64,000 bases of DNA from positions 372,001 to 436,000 of the forward strand of contig NIVC01000793.1 of NCBI GenBank assembly GCA_002269645.1. Direction: 5' to 3'. Source of the DNA: Macrostomum lignano. Lineage: Eukaryota. Shown here piece by piece: positions 46,616 through 58,777 of the stretch. Below the pieces are notes generated by a model. The model did not search any database and was not told where the DNA came from. It saw only the letters and a program-made list of their open reading frames with translations. Made by a program: the position numbers and the translations under genes. Each line of letters opens with the position of its first letter. The first letter of the stretch is position 1.

Positions 46616-47575
46616 TACTTTTACCATAGCGCCCAAATTACAATTTTGTTTTTTCAGTTGCTTGAACAAACAAATTTTCGAGCGTTAAAAAATGACTGAA
46701 ATGATGAGGCTACAATCGATACGCCTCAGCATCCCACTCGTTTCCTCATCCCTCATTCCACGTCGCCTAAATGAAGCCACGATCATTAATTATTAATGAG
46801 CTGGCTGGATTGGGAGGGGAATGGAGCTGGGAGAGGCGAGTCAGAGAGAGGGAGAAAACAACTCATCCAAAAGCTTAGAAACGAATGAGCCGCCAAATAT
46901 CCTATAAAGTGGCTTGTCGTGTTGAATGAGGTCTGTGCCGACTTCCCAGCAAACTAGAGAGTCCCTGAGCTGGCACTACTGACAGATTTGGTGCCTGATT
47001 GTACACCTCAATATCTAACTTGCCCTCTCCGTGTCCGCGTCCCTCTCCTGACTGTCCGGATGGAGGGAGGGTTGGCTGCGCCGCCTGAACCATTTCCTGT
47101 CTGTCCCGGAAGTCCCATAGGAGTTATAATCGTATGCTACCCTTTCCCTGCACTTATCGAATGAGCAGGGGGAGCCGCACCGCGTCCAGAGCAGGATTGA
47201 CAGTTGGGTGACGCGGGCGACTGATCTGGGATCTGGGAGCCACCGCGCCTCTCTCCTCGACAGTCTGTCTCAGAAAACTCCAATCTAAAAACGAAGAGCC
47301 GTGCTTGTTTTTTCTACTCTTTAGATTTCGCCCTCCTGGGGGAATAGAGGGCCTTTAGTATTGACTTATTGACGTATTTGACCGGTCCAATGTATTCCGG
47401 AGCGAGCCGCTTAGAATTAAAATCACTTTCTGAGCTCAGATTTCCCAGCAGCATTCAAACTATGGAGGCTCAACTTAGAATTTATTAATAAATCCAGACC
47501 ACCTGTGTACGCGGGAGGTTCATGGGTGAGTGATCGATTCTGTGCTTTCAAGAGAGAAGAGAGCGAAGGAGTGTT

Positions 47576-47894
47576 TTAGTAGCGGTTACAAGGCAGGTAG
47601 GGTAGGGTGGAAGAGAGTGGAATTGTGGCGAGAAGAAAGAAGAAAGCAAAAAGAAACCGACCGGTAGAGTGAGAAGAAGGCAAACAGAATGCAATGAAAA
47701 TTGCAGAAATAATCATAATTGCAGGGCCTTGCGGGACACCCTGGCGTAACGCCTTCGGCGACGCGGTCCCATCGACCAACGCCAAGGCACTTCTGAGGGC
47801 AGCAGAAAGGTCTATCAGTCATCCGATTCCAGCTTGTGAGGCCGGAAGTGAACCAATAAAATTGAGCCCTCCAGCCTCGCGCACAGTCAGTCAA
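47576..47894 (-). mobile_element. Degenerate non-LTR (LINE) reverse transcriptase fragment
   Basis: MTDR.. then, in a shifted frame, ALVDGTASPKALRQGVPQGPAI, resembling the LINE RT GVPQG motif. Confidence 0.45.
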
Positions 47895-48184
47895 TTGTTG
47901 AGTAACAATGAAAAAATTCTTCTGGATAAGAATTACTGCTTCTCAGCATCATATACATGCAGCAGTGCTTATTTGACTCTTAACTTTACAGCCGCTCTCC
48001 CTCTTCTTTCTCCAACATTTTTTTTAATTTATCGCTACTTCCATATCCGACGCTGTTGTGTTAACTTCGCTCACTTGGCTGGAGGTCCCAACAGCCTTGG
48101 CTTTTTATTTTATTTTATTGATCAATTTAGAATCATTTCGGTTTTCTATTTTCTTCTCTCGTTTCCTTGCTAGATATAATGTGG

Positions 48185-48550
48185 GACAAATGAGACAAGC
48201 GTGCTAACTAGACAAGCGTGTAAATGGGACAAGCGTGCTAACGGACTGGGACAGCGTGCAAATGGGACAAGCGTGCAAATGGGACAAGCGTGCTAACGGA
48301 CTGGGACAGCGTGCAAATCGGGCAAGCGTGCAAATGAGATAAGCGTGCTAATGGGACAAGCGTGCTAACGGGACAAGCGTGCAACTCGGAAAAGCGTGCA
48401 AATGGGACAAGCGTGCAGATGTGACAAGCGTGTTAATGGTAGAAGCGTGCTAATGGGACAAGCGTGCTAATGGGACAAGCGTGCTAATGGGACAAGCGTG
48501 CTAATGGTACAAGCGTGCTAATGGGACAAGCTTGCAGATGGGACAAGCTT
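48185..48550. repeat. 19-bp minisatellite (AATGGGACAAGCGTGCTA-like)
   Basis: About 19 units. Confidence 0.88.
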
Positions 48551-49289
48551 GAACATTCAATATGCTTTGTCCACAATGGAAATCTTTGTCAAAAATGAAA
48601 CGAACATGTCAAAAAATTCTAATTCTTTTGATGCAAAACATTTCTTATCGCTTTGAAGATCTTCTGGTTTGCAAAGCTGCTATGCATTATTTAGTGTAGC
48701 CTGTCAGTCTCATAGGCCGGTCAAACCACTTCTTTTCCATCAACTTCTTTTGTTGTCTCTCTTCCTCTCTCCCGCCCTACTCAAGGAGTCACTCATCTCT
48801 GGCCCCTACAGCCTGTCAGTCGCTCATCCTTGGCATTCTCCCTCCATTTCTCTGCCCAAAGCCTCTCCATCCTCTCTGCAAATCTACTTGAAAAGCCTGC
48901 CACAGACGCTGGGGGCCTTTCTAACATCTGTCAAATTGTCCCTGATGCATGTGTCTTCTAGGAAGCAGATCGCACAAAACACGGATGCTGAAATATATTT
49001 TTTTTCGTCTGTAGGCAGAATAAAAGAGCAAGAAGGCTGGAAAGAGCAAAGATTTTGGGGATTATTCAGCTCCCTTATTTTCTGCTGCGGCAGTCAATGC
49101 TTGACTTACTGCACTATAGGGGAAGTCAATTGCCTGCACTGGAGTCGCGTCCTTCAGGTTGGCAGTTCCTGACATGTCGATAATTATGCTTATTTATCCT
49201 GGTATGATTTTGGTTGCGCTGTCTCTTACGTGTACTAATGCCGTGATTGAAATACAATGATTTCTGAAGGACACTTGAGGGTAGCGGAA

Positions 49290-52200
49290 AGGCAGATTCA
49301 AGGACACTGAGGAGAGGCAGATTCAAGGACACTGAGGAGAGGCAGATTCAAGGACACTGAGGGGAGCAGAGAGGCAGATTCAAGGACACTGAAGAGAGGC
49401 AGATTCAAGGACACTGAGGAGAGGCAGATTCAAGGACACTGAGGCAGCGGAGAGGCAGATTCAAGGACACTGAGGAGAGGCAGATTCAAGGACACTGAGG
49501 GGAGCAGAGAGGCAGATTCAAGGACACTGAGGAGAGGCAGATTCAAGGACACTGAGGAGAGGCAGATTCAAGGACACTGAGGGGAGCAGAGAGGCAGATT
49601 CAAGGACACTGAGGGGAGCAGAGAGGCAGATTCAAGGACACTGAGGCAGCGGAGAGGCAGGGTCAAGGACACTGAGGGGAGCGGAGAAGCAGATTCAAGG
49701 ACACTGAGGGGAGCAGAGAGGCAGATTCAAGGACACTGAGGGGAGCAGAGAGGCAGATTCAAGGACACTGAGGCAGCGGAAAGGCAGATTCAAGGACACT
49801 GAGGAGTGGCAGATTCAAGGACACTGAGGAGAGGCAGATTCAAGGACACTGAGGAGAGGCAGATTCAAGGACACTGAGGAGAGGCAGATTCAAGGACACT
49901 GAGGAGAGGCAGATTCAAGGACACTGAGGGGAGCGGAGAGGCAGATTCAAGGACACTGAGGGGAGCAGAGAGGCAGATTCAAGGACACTGAGGCAGCGGA
50001 GAGGCAGATTCAAGGACACTGAGGGGAGCAGAGAGGCAGATTCAAGGACACTGAGGGGAGCGGAGAGGCAGATTCAAGGACACTGAGGGGAGCGGAGAGG
50101 CAGATTCAAGGACACTGAGGAGAGGCAGATTCAAGGACACTGAGGGGAGCAGAGAGGCAGATTCAAGGACACTGAGGCAGCGGAGAGGCAGGGTCAAGGA
50201 CACTGAGGGGAGCGGAGAAGCAGATTCAAGGACACTGAGGGGAGCAGAGAGGCAGATTCAAGGACACTGAGGGGAGCAGAGAGGCAGATTCAAGGACACT
50301 GAGGCAGCGGAAAGGCAGATTCAAGGACACTGAGGAGAGGCAGATTCAAGGACACTGAGGGGAGGCAGATTCAAGGACACTGAGGAGAGGCAGATTCAAG
50401 GACACTGAGGAGAGGCAAATTCAAGGACACTGAGGGGAGCAGAGAGGCAGATTCAAGGACACTGAGGAGAGGCAGATTAAAGGACACTGAGGGGAGCGGA
50501 GAAGCAGATTCAAGGACACTGAGGGGAGCAGAGAGGCACATTCAAGGACACTGAGGGGAGCGGAGAGGCAGATTCAAGGACACTGAGGGGAGCGGAGAGG
50601 CAGATTCAAGGACACTGAGGGGAGCAGAGAGGCAGATTCAAGGACACTGAGGGGAGCGGAGAGGCAGATTCAAGGACACTGAGGAGAGGCAGATTCAAGG
50701 ACACTGAGGGGAGCAGAGAGGCAGATTCAAGGACACTGAGGAGAGGCAGATTCAAGGACACTGAGGAGAGGCAGATTCAAGGACACTGAGGGGAGCAGAG
50801 AGGCAGATTCAAGGACACTGAGGGGAGCAGAGAGGCAGATTCAAGGACACTGAGGCAGCGGAGAGGCAGGGTCAAGGACACTGAGGGGAGCGGAGAAGCA
50901 GATTCAAGGACACTGAGGGGAGCAGAGAGGCAGATTCAAGGACACTGAGGGGAGCGGAGAGGCAGATTCAAGGACACTGAGGGGAGCGGAGAAGCAGATT
51001 CAAGGACACTGAGGGGAGCGGAGAGGCAGATTCAAGGACACTGAGGAGAGGCAGATTCAAGGACACTGAGGGGAGCAGAGAGGCAGATTCAAGGACACTG
51101 AGGAGAGGCAGATTCAAGGACACTGAGGAGAGGCAGATTCAAGGACACTGAGGGGAGCAGAGAGGCAGATTCAAGGACACTGAGGGGAGCAGAGAGGCAG
51201 ATTCAAGGACACTGAGGCAGCGGAGAGGCAGGGTCAAGGACACTGAGGGGAGCGGAGAAGCAGATTCAAGGACACTGAGGGGAGCAGAGAGGCAGATTCA
51301 AGGACACTGAGGGGAGCGGAGAGGCACATTCAAGGACACTGAGGGGAGCGGAGAGGCAGATTCAAGGACACTGAGGGGAGCGGAGAGGCAGATTCAAGGA
51401 CACTGAGGAGAGGCAGATTCAAGGACACTGAGGGGAGCAGAGAGGCAGATTCAAGGACACTGAGGAGAGGCAGATTCAAGGACACTGAGGGGAGCAGAGA
51501 GGCAGATTCAAGGACACTGTGGAGAGGCAGATTCAAGGACACTGAGGGGAGCAGAGAGGCAGATTCAAGGACACTGAGGGGAGCGGAGAGGCAGATTCAA
51601 GGACACTGAGGAGAGGCAGATTCAAGGACACTGAGGGGAGCAGAGAGGCAGATTCAAGGACACTGAGGAGTGGCAGATTCAAGGACACTGAGGAGAGGCA
51701 GATTCAAGGACACTGAGGGGAGCAGAGAGGCAGATTCAAGGACACTGAGGGGAGCAGAGAGGCAGATTCAAGGACACTGAGGGGAGCGGAGAGGCAGGGT
51801 CAAGGACACTGAGGGGAGCGGAGAAGCAGATTCAAGGACACTGAGGGGAGCGGAGAAGCAGATTCAAGGACACTGAGGGGAGCGGAGAGGCAGATTCAAG
51901 GACACTGAGGGGAGCAGAGAGGCAGATTCAAGGACACTGAGGCAGCGGAGAGGCAGATTCAAGGACACTGAGGAGAGGCAGATTCAAGGACACTGAGGGG
52001 AGCGGAGAAGCAGATTCAAGGACACTGAGGGGAGCGGAGAAGCAGATTCAAGGACACTGAGGGGAGCAGAGAGGCAGATTCAAGGACACTGAGGGGAGCG
52101 GAGAGGCAGATTCAAGGACACTGAGGGGAGCAGAGAGGCAGATTCAAGGACACTGAGGGGAGGCAGATTCAAGGACACTGAGGGGAGGCAGATTCAAGGA

Positions 52201-55200
52201 CACTGAGGAGAGGCAGATTCAAGGACACTGAGGAGAGCAGAGAGGCAGATTCAAGGACACTGAGGGGAGCGGAGAGGCAGATTCAAGGACACTGAGGGGA
52301 GCGGAGAGGCAGATTCAAGGACACTGAGGGGAGCGGAGAGGCAGATTCAAGGACACTGAGGAGAGGCAGATTCAAGGACACTGAGGGGAGCAGAGAGGCA
52401 GATTCAAGGACACTGAGGAGAGGCAGATTCAAGGACACTGAGGAGAGGCAGATTCAAGGACACTGAGGGGAGCAGAGAGGCAGATTCAAGGACACTGAGG
52501 GGAGCAGAGAGGCAGATTCAAGGACACTGAGGCAGCGGAGAGGCAGGGTCAAGGACACTGAGGGGAGCGGAGAAGCAGATTCAAGGACACTGAGGGGAGC
52601 AGAGAGGCAGATTCAAGGACACTGAGGGGAGCGGAGAGGCAGATTCAAGGACACTGAGGGGAGCGGAGAGGCAGATTCAAGGACACTGAGGAGAGGCAGA
52701 TTCAAGGACACTGAGGGGAGCAGAGAGGCAGATTCAAGGACACTGAGGGGAGCGGAGAGGCAGATTCAAGGACACTGAGGGGAGCGGAGAGGCAGATTCA
52801 AGGACACTGAGGAGAGGCAGATTCAAGGACACTGAGGGGAGCAGAGAGGCAGATTCAAGGACACTGAGGAGAGGCAGATTCAAGGACACTGAGGAGAGGC
52901 AGATTCAAGGACACTGAGGGGAGCAGAGAGGCAGATTCAAGGACACTGAGGGGAGCAGAGAGGCAGATTCAAGGACACTGAGGGGAGCGGAGAGGCAGGG
53001 TCAAGGACACTGAGGGGAGCGGAGAAGCAGATTCAAGGACACTGAGGGGAGCAGAGAGGCAGATTCAAGGACACTGAGGGGAGCGGAGAGGCAGATTCAA
53101 GGACACTGAGGGGAGCGGAGAGGCAGATTCAAGGACACTGAGGGGAGCGGAGAAGCAGATTCAAGGACACTGAGGGGAGCGGAGAGGCAGATTCAAGGAC
53201 ACTGAGGGGAGCGGAGAGGCAGATTCAAGGACACTGAGGGGAGCGGAGAAGCAGATTTAAGGACACTGAGGAGAGGCAGATTCAAGGACACTGAGGGGAG
53301 CGGAGAAGCAGATTCAAGGACACTGAGGGGAGCGGAGAGGCAGATTCAAGGACACTGAGGGGAGCAGAGAGGCAGATTCAAGGACACTGAGGGGAGGCAG
53401 ATTCAAGGACACTGAGAGGAGGCAGATTCAAGGACACTGAGGAGAGGCAGATTCAAGGACACTGAGGAGAGGCAGATTCAAGGACACTGAGGAGAGCAGA
53501 GAGGCAGATTCAAGGACACTGAGGGGAGCAGAGAGGCAGATTCAAGGACACTGAGGGGAGCAGAGAGGCAGATTCAAGGACACTGAGGAGAGGCAGATTC
53601 AAGGACACTGAGGAGAGGCAGATTCAAGGACACTGAGGAGAGCAGAGAGGCAGATTCAAGGACACTGAGGGGAGCGGAGAGGCAGATTCAAGGACACTGA
53701 GGGGAGCGGAGAGGCAGATTCAAGGACACTGAGGGGAGCGGAGAGGCAGATTCAAGGACACTGAGGAGAGGCAGATTCAAGGACACTGAGGGGAGCAGAG
53801 AGGCAGATTCAAGGACACTGAGGAGAGGCAGATTCAAGGACACTGAGGAGAGGCAGATTCAAGGACACTGAGGGGAGCAGAGAGGCAGATTCAAGGACAC
53901 TGAGGGGAGCAGAGAGGCAGATTCAAGGACACTGAGGCAGCGGAGAGGCAGGGTCAAGGACACTGAGGGGAGCGGAGAAGCAGATTCAAGGACACTGAGG
54001 GGAGCAGAGAGGCAGATTCAAGGACACTGAGGGGAGCGGAGAGGCAGATTCAAGGACACTGAGGGGAGCGGAGAGGCAGATTCAAGGACACTGAGGGGAG
54101 CAGAGAGGCAGATTCAAGGACACTGAGGGGAGCAGAGAGGCAGATTCAAGGACACTGAGGGGAGCGGAGAGGCAGATTCAAGGACACTGAGGGGAGCGGA
54201 GAGGCAGATTCAAGGACACTGAGGAGAGGCAGATTCAAGGACACTGAGGGGAGCAGAGAGGCAGATTCAAGGACACTGAGGAGAGGCAGATTCAAGGACA
54301 CTGAGGAGAGGCAGATTCAAGGACACTGAGGAGAGGCAGATTCAAGGACACTGAGGGGAGCAGAGAGGCAGATTCAAGGACACTGAGGGGAGCAGAGAGG
54401 CAGATTCAAGGACACTGAGGCAGCGGAGAGGCAGGGTCAAGGACACTGAGGGGAGCGGAGAAGCAGATTCAAGGACACTGAGGGGAGCAGAGAGGCAGAT
54501 TCAAGGACACTGAGGGGAGCGGAGAGGCAGATTCAAGGACACTGAGGGGAGCGGAGAGGCAGATTCAAGGACACTGAGGGGAGCGGAGAGGCAGATTCAA
54601 GGACACTGAGAAGAGGCAGATTCAAGGACACTGAGGGGAGCAGAGAGGCAGATTCAAGGACACTGAGGAGAGGCAGATTCAAGGACACTGAGGGGAGCAG
54701 AGAGGCAGATTCAAGGACACTGTGGAGAGGCAGATTCAAGGACACTGAGGGGAGCAGAGAGGCAGATTCAAGGACACTGAGGGGAGCAGAGAGGCAGATT
54801 CAAGGACACTGAGGAGAGGCAGATTCAAGGACACTGAGGAGAGCAGAGAGGCAGATTCAAGGACACTGAGGAGAGGCAGATTCAAGGACACTGAGGAGAG
54901 GCAGATTCAAGGACACTGAGGGGAGCAGAGAGGCAGATTCAAGGACACTGAGGGGAGCAGAGAGGCAGATTCAAGGACACTGAGGGGAGCGGAGAGGCAG
55001 GGTCAAGGACACTGAGGGGAGCGGAGAAGCAGATTCAAGGACACTGAGGGGAGCAGAGAGGCAGATTCAAGGACACTGAGGGGAGCGGAGAGGCAGATTC
55101 AAGGACACTGAGGGGAGCGGAGAGGCAGATTCAAGGACACTGAGGGGAGCGGAGAAGCAGATTCAAGGACACTGAGGGGAGCGGAGAGGCAGATTCAAGG

Positions 55201-56392
55201 ACACTGAGGGGAGCGGAGAGGCAGATTCAAGGACACTGAGGCAGCGGAGAGGCAGATTCAAGGACACTGAGGAGAGGCAGATTCAAGGACACTGAGGGGA
55301 GCGGAGAAGCAGATTCAAGGACACTGAGGGGAGCGGAGAGGCAGATTCAAGGACACTGAGGGGAGCAGAGAGGCAGATTCAAGGACACTGAGGGGAGGCA
55401 GATTCAAGGACACTGAGGGGAGGCAGATTCAAGGACACTGAGGAGAGGCAGATTCAAGGACACTGAGGAGAGGCAGATTCAAGGACACTGAGGAGAGCAG
55501 AGAGGCAGATTCAAGGACACTGAGGGGAGCAGAGAGGCAGATTCAAGGACACTGAGGGGAGCAGAGAGGCAGATTCAAGGACACTGAGGGGAGCAGAGAG
55601 GCAGATTCAAGGACACTGAGGCAGCGGAGAGGCAGATTCAAGGACACTGAGGAGAGGCAGATTCAAGGACACTGAGGGGAGCGGAGAAGCAGATTCAAGG
55701 ACACTGAGGGGAGCGGAGAAGCAGATTCAAGGACACTGAGGGGAGCAGAGAGGCAGATTCAAGGACACTGAGGGGAGCGGAGAGGCAGATTCAAGGACAC
55801 TGAGGGGAGCAGAGAGGCAGATTCAAGGACACTGAGGGGAGGCAGATTCAAGGACACTGAGGGGAGGCAGATTCAAGGACACTGAGGAGAGGCAGATTCA
55901 AGGACACTGAGGAGAGGCAGATTCAAGGACACTGAGGAGAGCAGAGAGGCAGATTCAAGGACACTGAGGGGAGCGGAGAGGCAGATTCAAGGACACTGAG
56001 GGGAGCAGAGAGGCAGATTCAAGGACACTGAGGGGAGCAGAGAGGCAGATTCAAGGACACTGAGGGGAGCGGAGAGGCAGATTCATGGACACTGAGGGGA
56101 GCGGAGAGGCAGATTCAAGGACACTGAGGGGAGGCAGATTCAAGGACACTGAGGGGAGGCAGATTCAAGGACACTGAGGAGAGGCAGATTCAAGGACACT
56201 GAGGAGAGGCAGATTCAAGGACACTGAGGAGAGCAGAGAGGCAGATTCAAGGACACTGAGGGGAGCGGAGAGGCAGATTCAAGGACACTGAGGGGAGCAG
56301 AGAGGCAGATTCAAGGACACTGAGGGGAGCGGAGAGGCAGATTCAAGGACACTGAGGGAGCGGAGAGGCAGATTCAAGGACACTGAGGGAGG
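49290..56392. repeat. 7.1-kb variant minisatellite, core GAGAGGCAGATTCAAGGACACTGAG (25/31/32-bp units)
   Basis: Over 200 interspersed units. Confidence 0.97.
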
Positions 56393-57029
56393 CTTCACAG
56401 CACGTTCTTCAATAACAGCGATATTAACTAAGGCAGAAATAGAAGTATTCGTTATGTTCACTGCAAGCCACTGACACAGTATGGAATAGTTATATTTATT
56501 AATTTATAATTAAAGCGGAGTTGCAGATACCTCAGGGTGGTGAAACGCTTCAAAGTATAGTAAATTACCATAAAATGTTAATGCTTACTAATTAAATAGG
56601 CGTTTAGAAATTGTTCAAATTGTTCAAAAATATGCAGAATCAAGACGTTATAAGACGAAGGATTTTCGGTTAATCAATACAAGAGCAAAATTGATATTTT
56701 AAGCGCGGAATTTCGTAGCTCTTTTTTGAACTTGAGCGTCAAAGGTTTTTTAAGTGATTGATTGAGTGTGCAGTGGAGGTTCTGGACAAGCCTAAAAGCA
56801 AGTTAGCATGAGTGACGGGTACTGCCGCAACCACAGCTGGCTAAATGGGTCAAGCATTGATTTGTGCGAGATGAACCGCACTCTCAGTGCAGTTCTGCTT
56901 GGCTGCTGACAAGAAATTTTTTTTGGATGACGAACGAAGCATTATGAGAATTGGAGATTGAAATTAGGAAAGGTCACACGAGATGGAAGAGGTTGACATG
57001 CATTGCGAGATTTTCTGGGAATCTAAAAA

Positions 57030-57240
57030 GACGGAGACGAGGGGAGAAAGATAGATATTAGAGAGAGAGATAGGAGAGAGAGACGGAGAGGAGAGGGGGG
57101 GAGACGGAGAGGGGAGGGATAGAGACGGAGAGGAGAGAGAGATAGAGAGGAGAGAGACAGAGAGGAGAGAGATGGAAGGGAAAGGATAGAGACGGAGAGG
57201 AGAGGGATAGAGATGGAGAGGAGAGAGACAGACGGAGACT
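57030..57240. repeat. GA-rich low-complexity tract
   Basis: (GA)/(GGAGA)-rich. Confidence 0.8.
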
Positions 57241-57541
57241 GTGAGTGATAACTGTGATTATTCCACAACAAATTGCCAGAGCGAAAGCTTCAAGCAAAGA
57301 CAGCGCACCGACATGTAAGAGCGGCTGTAGGTTGCACTGCGAGACTTGGGGATTGCGGGCAAAGGGCCTGTGACACAGCAGAAGCAAACAGTTGAACAAA
57401 ATTAATGTTTAAATAACGAATCGCGAAAGTCGGAACTGATGGCGGGGGTGGCGGAAGGAAGAGAAGCGACAAAACAGTCACGCGGCTTCCCAGTTTGCGT
57501 CCTTAGCAACCAACTCGTTTTGCGCAACGCTATCCGTCTCC

Positions 57542-58777
57542 TTAACAACCGGAGCCATAGCCGCCGGCCGCAGAAAGCGCATGCCTGGAGACGCGACTCG
57601 GCGAGCTGACGGTGACCGGCCGCGCGCAGGTCGCCCGCCCGCCGCTGACGTGACCGCCGCAGCCGACGCCTGAACTTGACGGCTTCTGCGGCTGCTGCTG
57701 CGGCTGCTGCTGCTGCAGTGGAACTTCCGGCAATCCGCCAGCCTCTTGAAAGAACTTCAGCAGCTCCAGCGGCAGGGGGAAGATGATGGTCGAGTTCTTC
57801 TCGGCCGAGATGCTGCTCAGAGTCTGCAGGTAGCGCAGCTGCAGCGCCAGGTTGCACTCGGAGAGCTCCAGAGCGGCCAACTTCAACGCCTTACTCGCCT
57901 TCTGTTCGCCCTCCGCCGCGATCACCTTCGCCCGGGCCTCGCGGGCCGCCTCCGCCTCCGCCGCCATCGCCCGCTGCAGCTGAGTTGGCAGGCGGACATC
58001 CTTAATCTCGACGCGTTCCACCTTGACGCCCCAGGTGTCCGTGGCAGCGTCCAGCGTCTCCTGCATGACGATGGCGGAGTCGTCGCGGCCGGCCAGCAGC
58101 TCGTAGAGGCTCACCGTGCCAAGGACGTTGCGCAGAGTCGTCTGGGCGAGCAGCTTCGTGGACCGGCTGCAGTCCTCCACGTTCACCACCGACATGACGG
58201 GATCGAAGATTCGGTAATAGACCACTGCGTCCACTGCCACGGTCACGGAGTCCTTGGTCAGCACCTCCTGGGTGGGAACATCGAAGGTCATGGTTCGCAG
58301 GTCCACTCGCTTGATGGAGTCCATGCAGGGCATGATGAACACGAGGCCGGGGCCGCTGGCCTCCGCGCTGAGGATCCGGCCGAGTCGGAAGATCACCGCC
58401 CGCTCGTACTGGGCGATCACCTTCAGGCAGACAAAAAATGAGAATGGAAAAGTGACGGCAATTAGCAAGCCGATGAGGGCCTGCATGAGCAGCTCGCAGA
58501 ACTGCATGGGCCGCTTGCTCTGCAGGGAGCCACCGAAACCGCGGCCAAGGCGCTCCGGCACCAGCGAGAAGGAGCGCTGCAGCCGCTGACGGGTCGGCCG
58601 GGACAGCCGCTCCGACTCGCTGCTGCCCTCCGAGTCGCTGCCGCTGCCGCTGCCGCCGTCGCTGCCGGTGCCGCCGTCACCGCTACCGCCGCCGCTTCCT
58701 CCATCCAGACCGCCAGAGCCGTTGTGCATGGCCGCCTTGAATCGGGTGTCGGAGCTGAAGCTGACGCCTTTGGCCAT
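57542..58777 (-). CDS. Stomatin / MEC-2-like SPFH (band 7) membrane protein, single exon
   Basis: TFPFS hairpin, QYERAVIFRLGR, GPGLVFIMPC, VDLRT..VP.QEVLTKDSVTVAVDAVVYYRI, LLAQTTLRNVLGT, LQRAMAAEAEAAREARAKVIAAEGE, LQLRYLQTL, IIFPLP; first ATG 58777 (the track's 58849 start is TTG). Confidence 0.95.
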   Translation of the reverse strand: MAKGVSFSSDTRFKAAMHNGSGGLDGGSGGGSGDGGTGSDGGSGSGSDSEGSSESERLSRPTRQRLQRSFSLVPERLGRGFGGSLQSKRPMQFCELLMQALIGLLIAVTFPFSFFVCLKVIAQYERAVIFRLGRILSAEASGPGLVFIMPCMDSIKRVDLRTMTFDVPTQEVLTKDSVTVAVDAVVYYRIFDPVMSVVNVEDCSRSTKLLAQTTLRNVLGTVSLYELLAGRDDSAIVMQETLDAATDTWGVKVERVEIKDVRLPTQLQRAMAAEAEAAREARAKVIAAEGEQKASKALKLAALELSECNLALQLRYLQTLSSISAEKNSTIIFPLPLELLKFFQEAGGLPEVPLQQQQPQQQPQKPSSSGVGCGGHVSGGRATCARPVTVSSPSRVSRHALSAAGGYGSGC

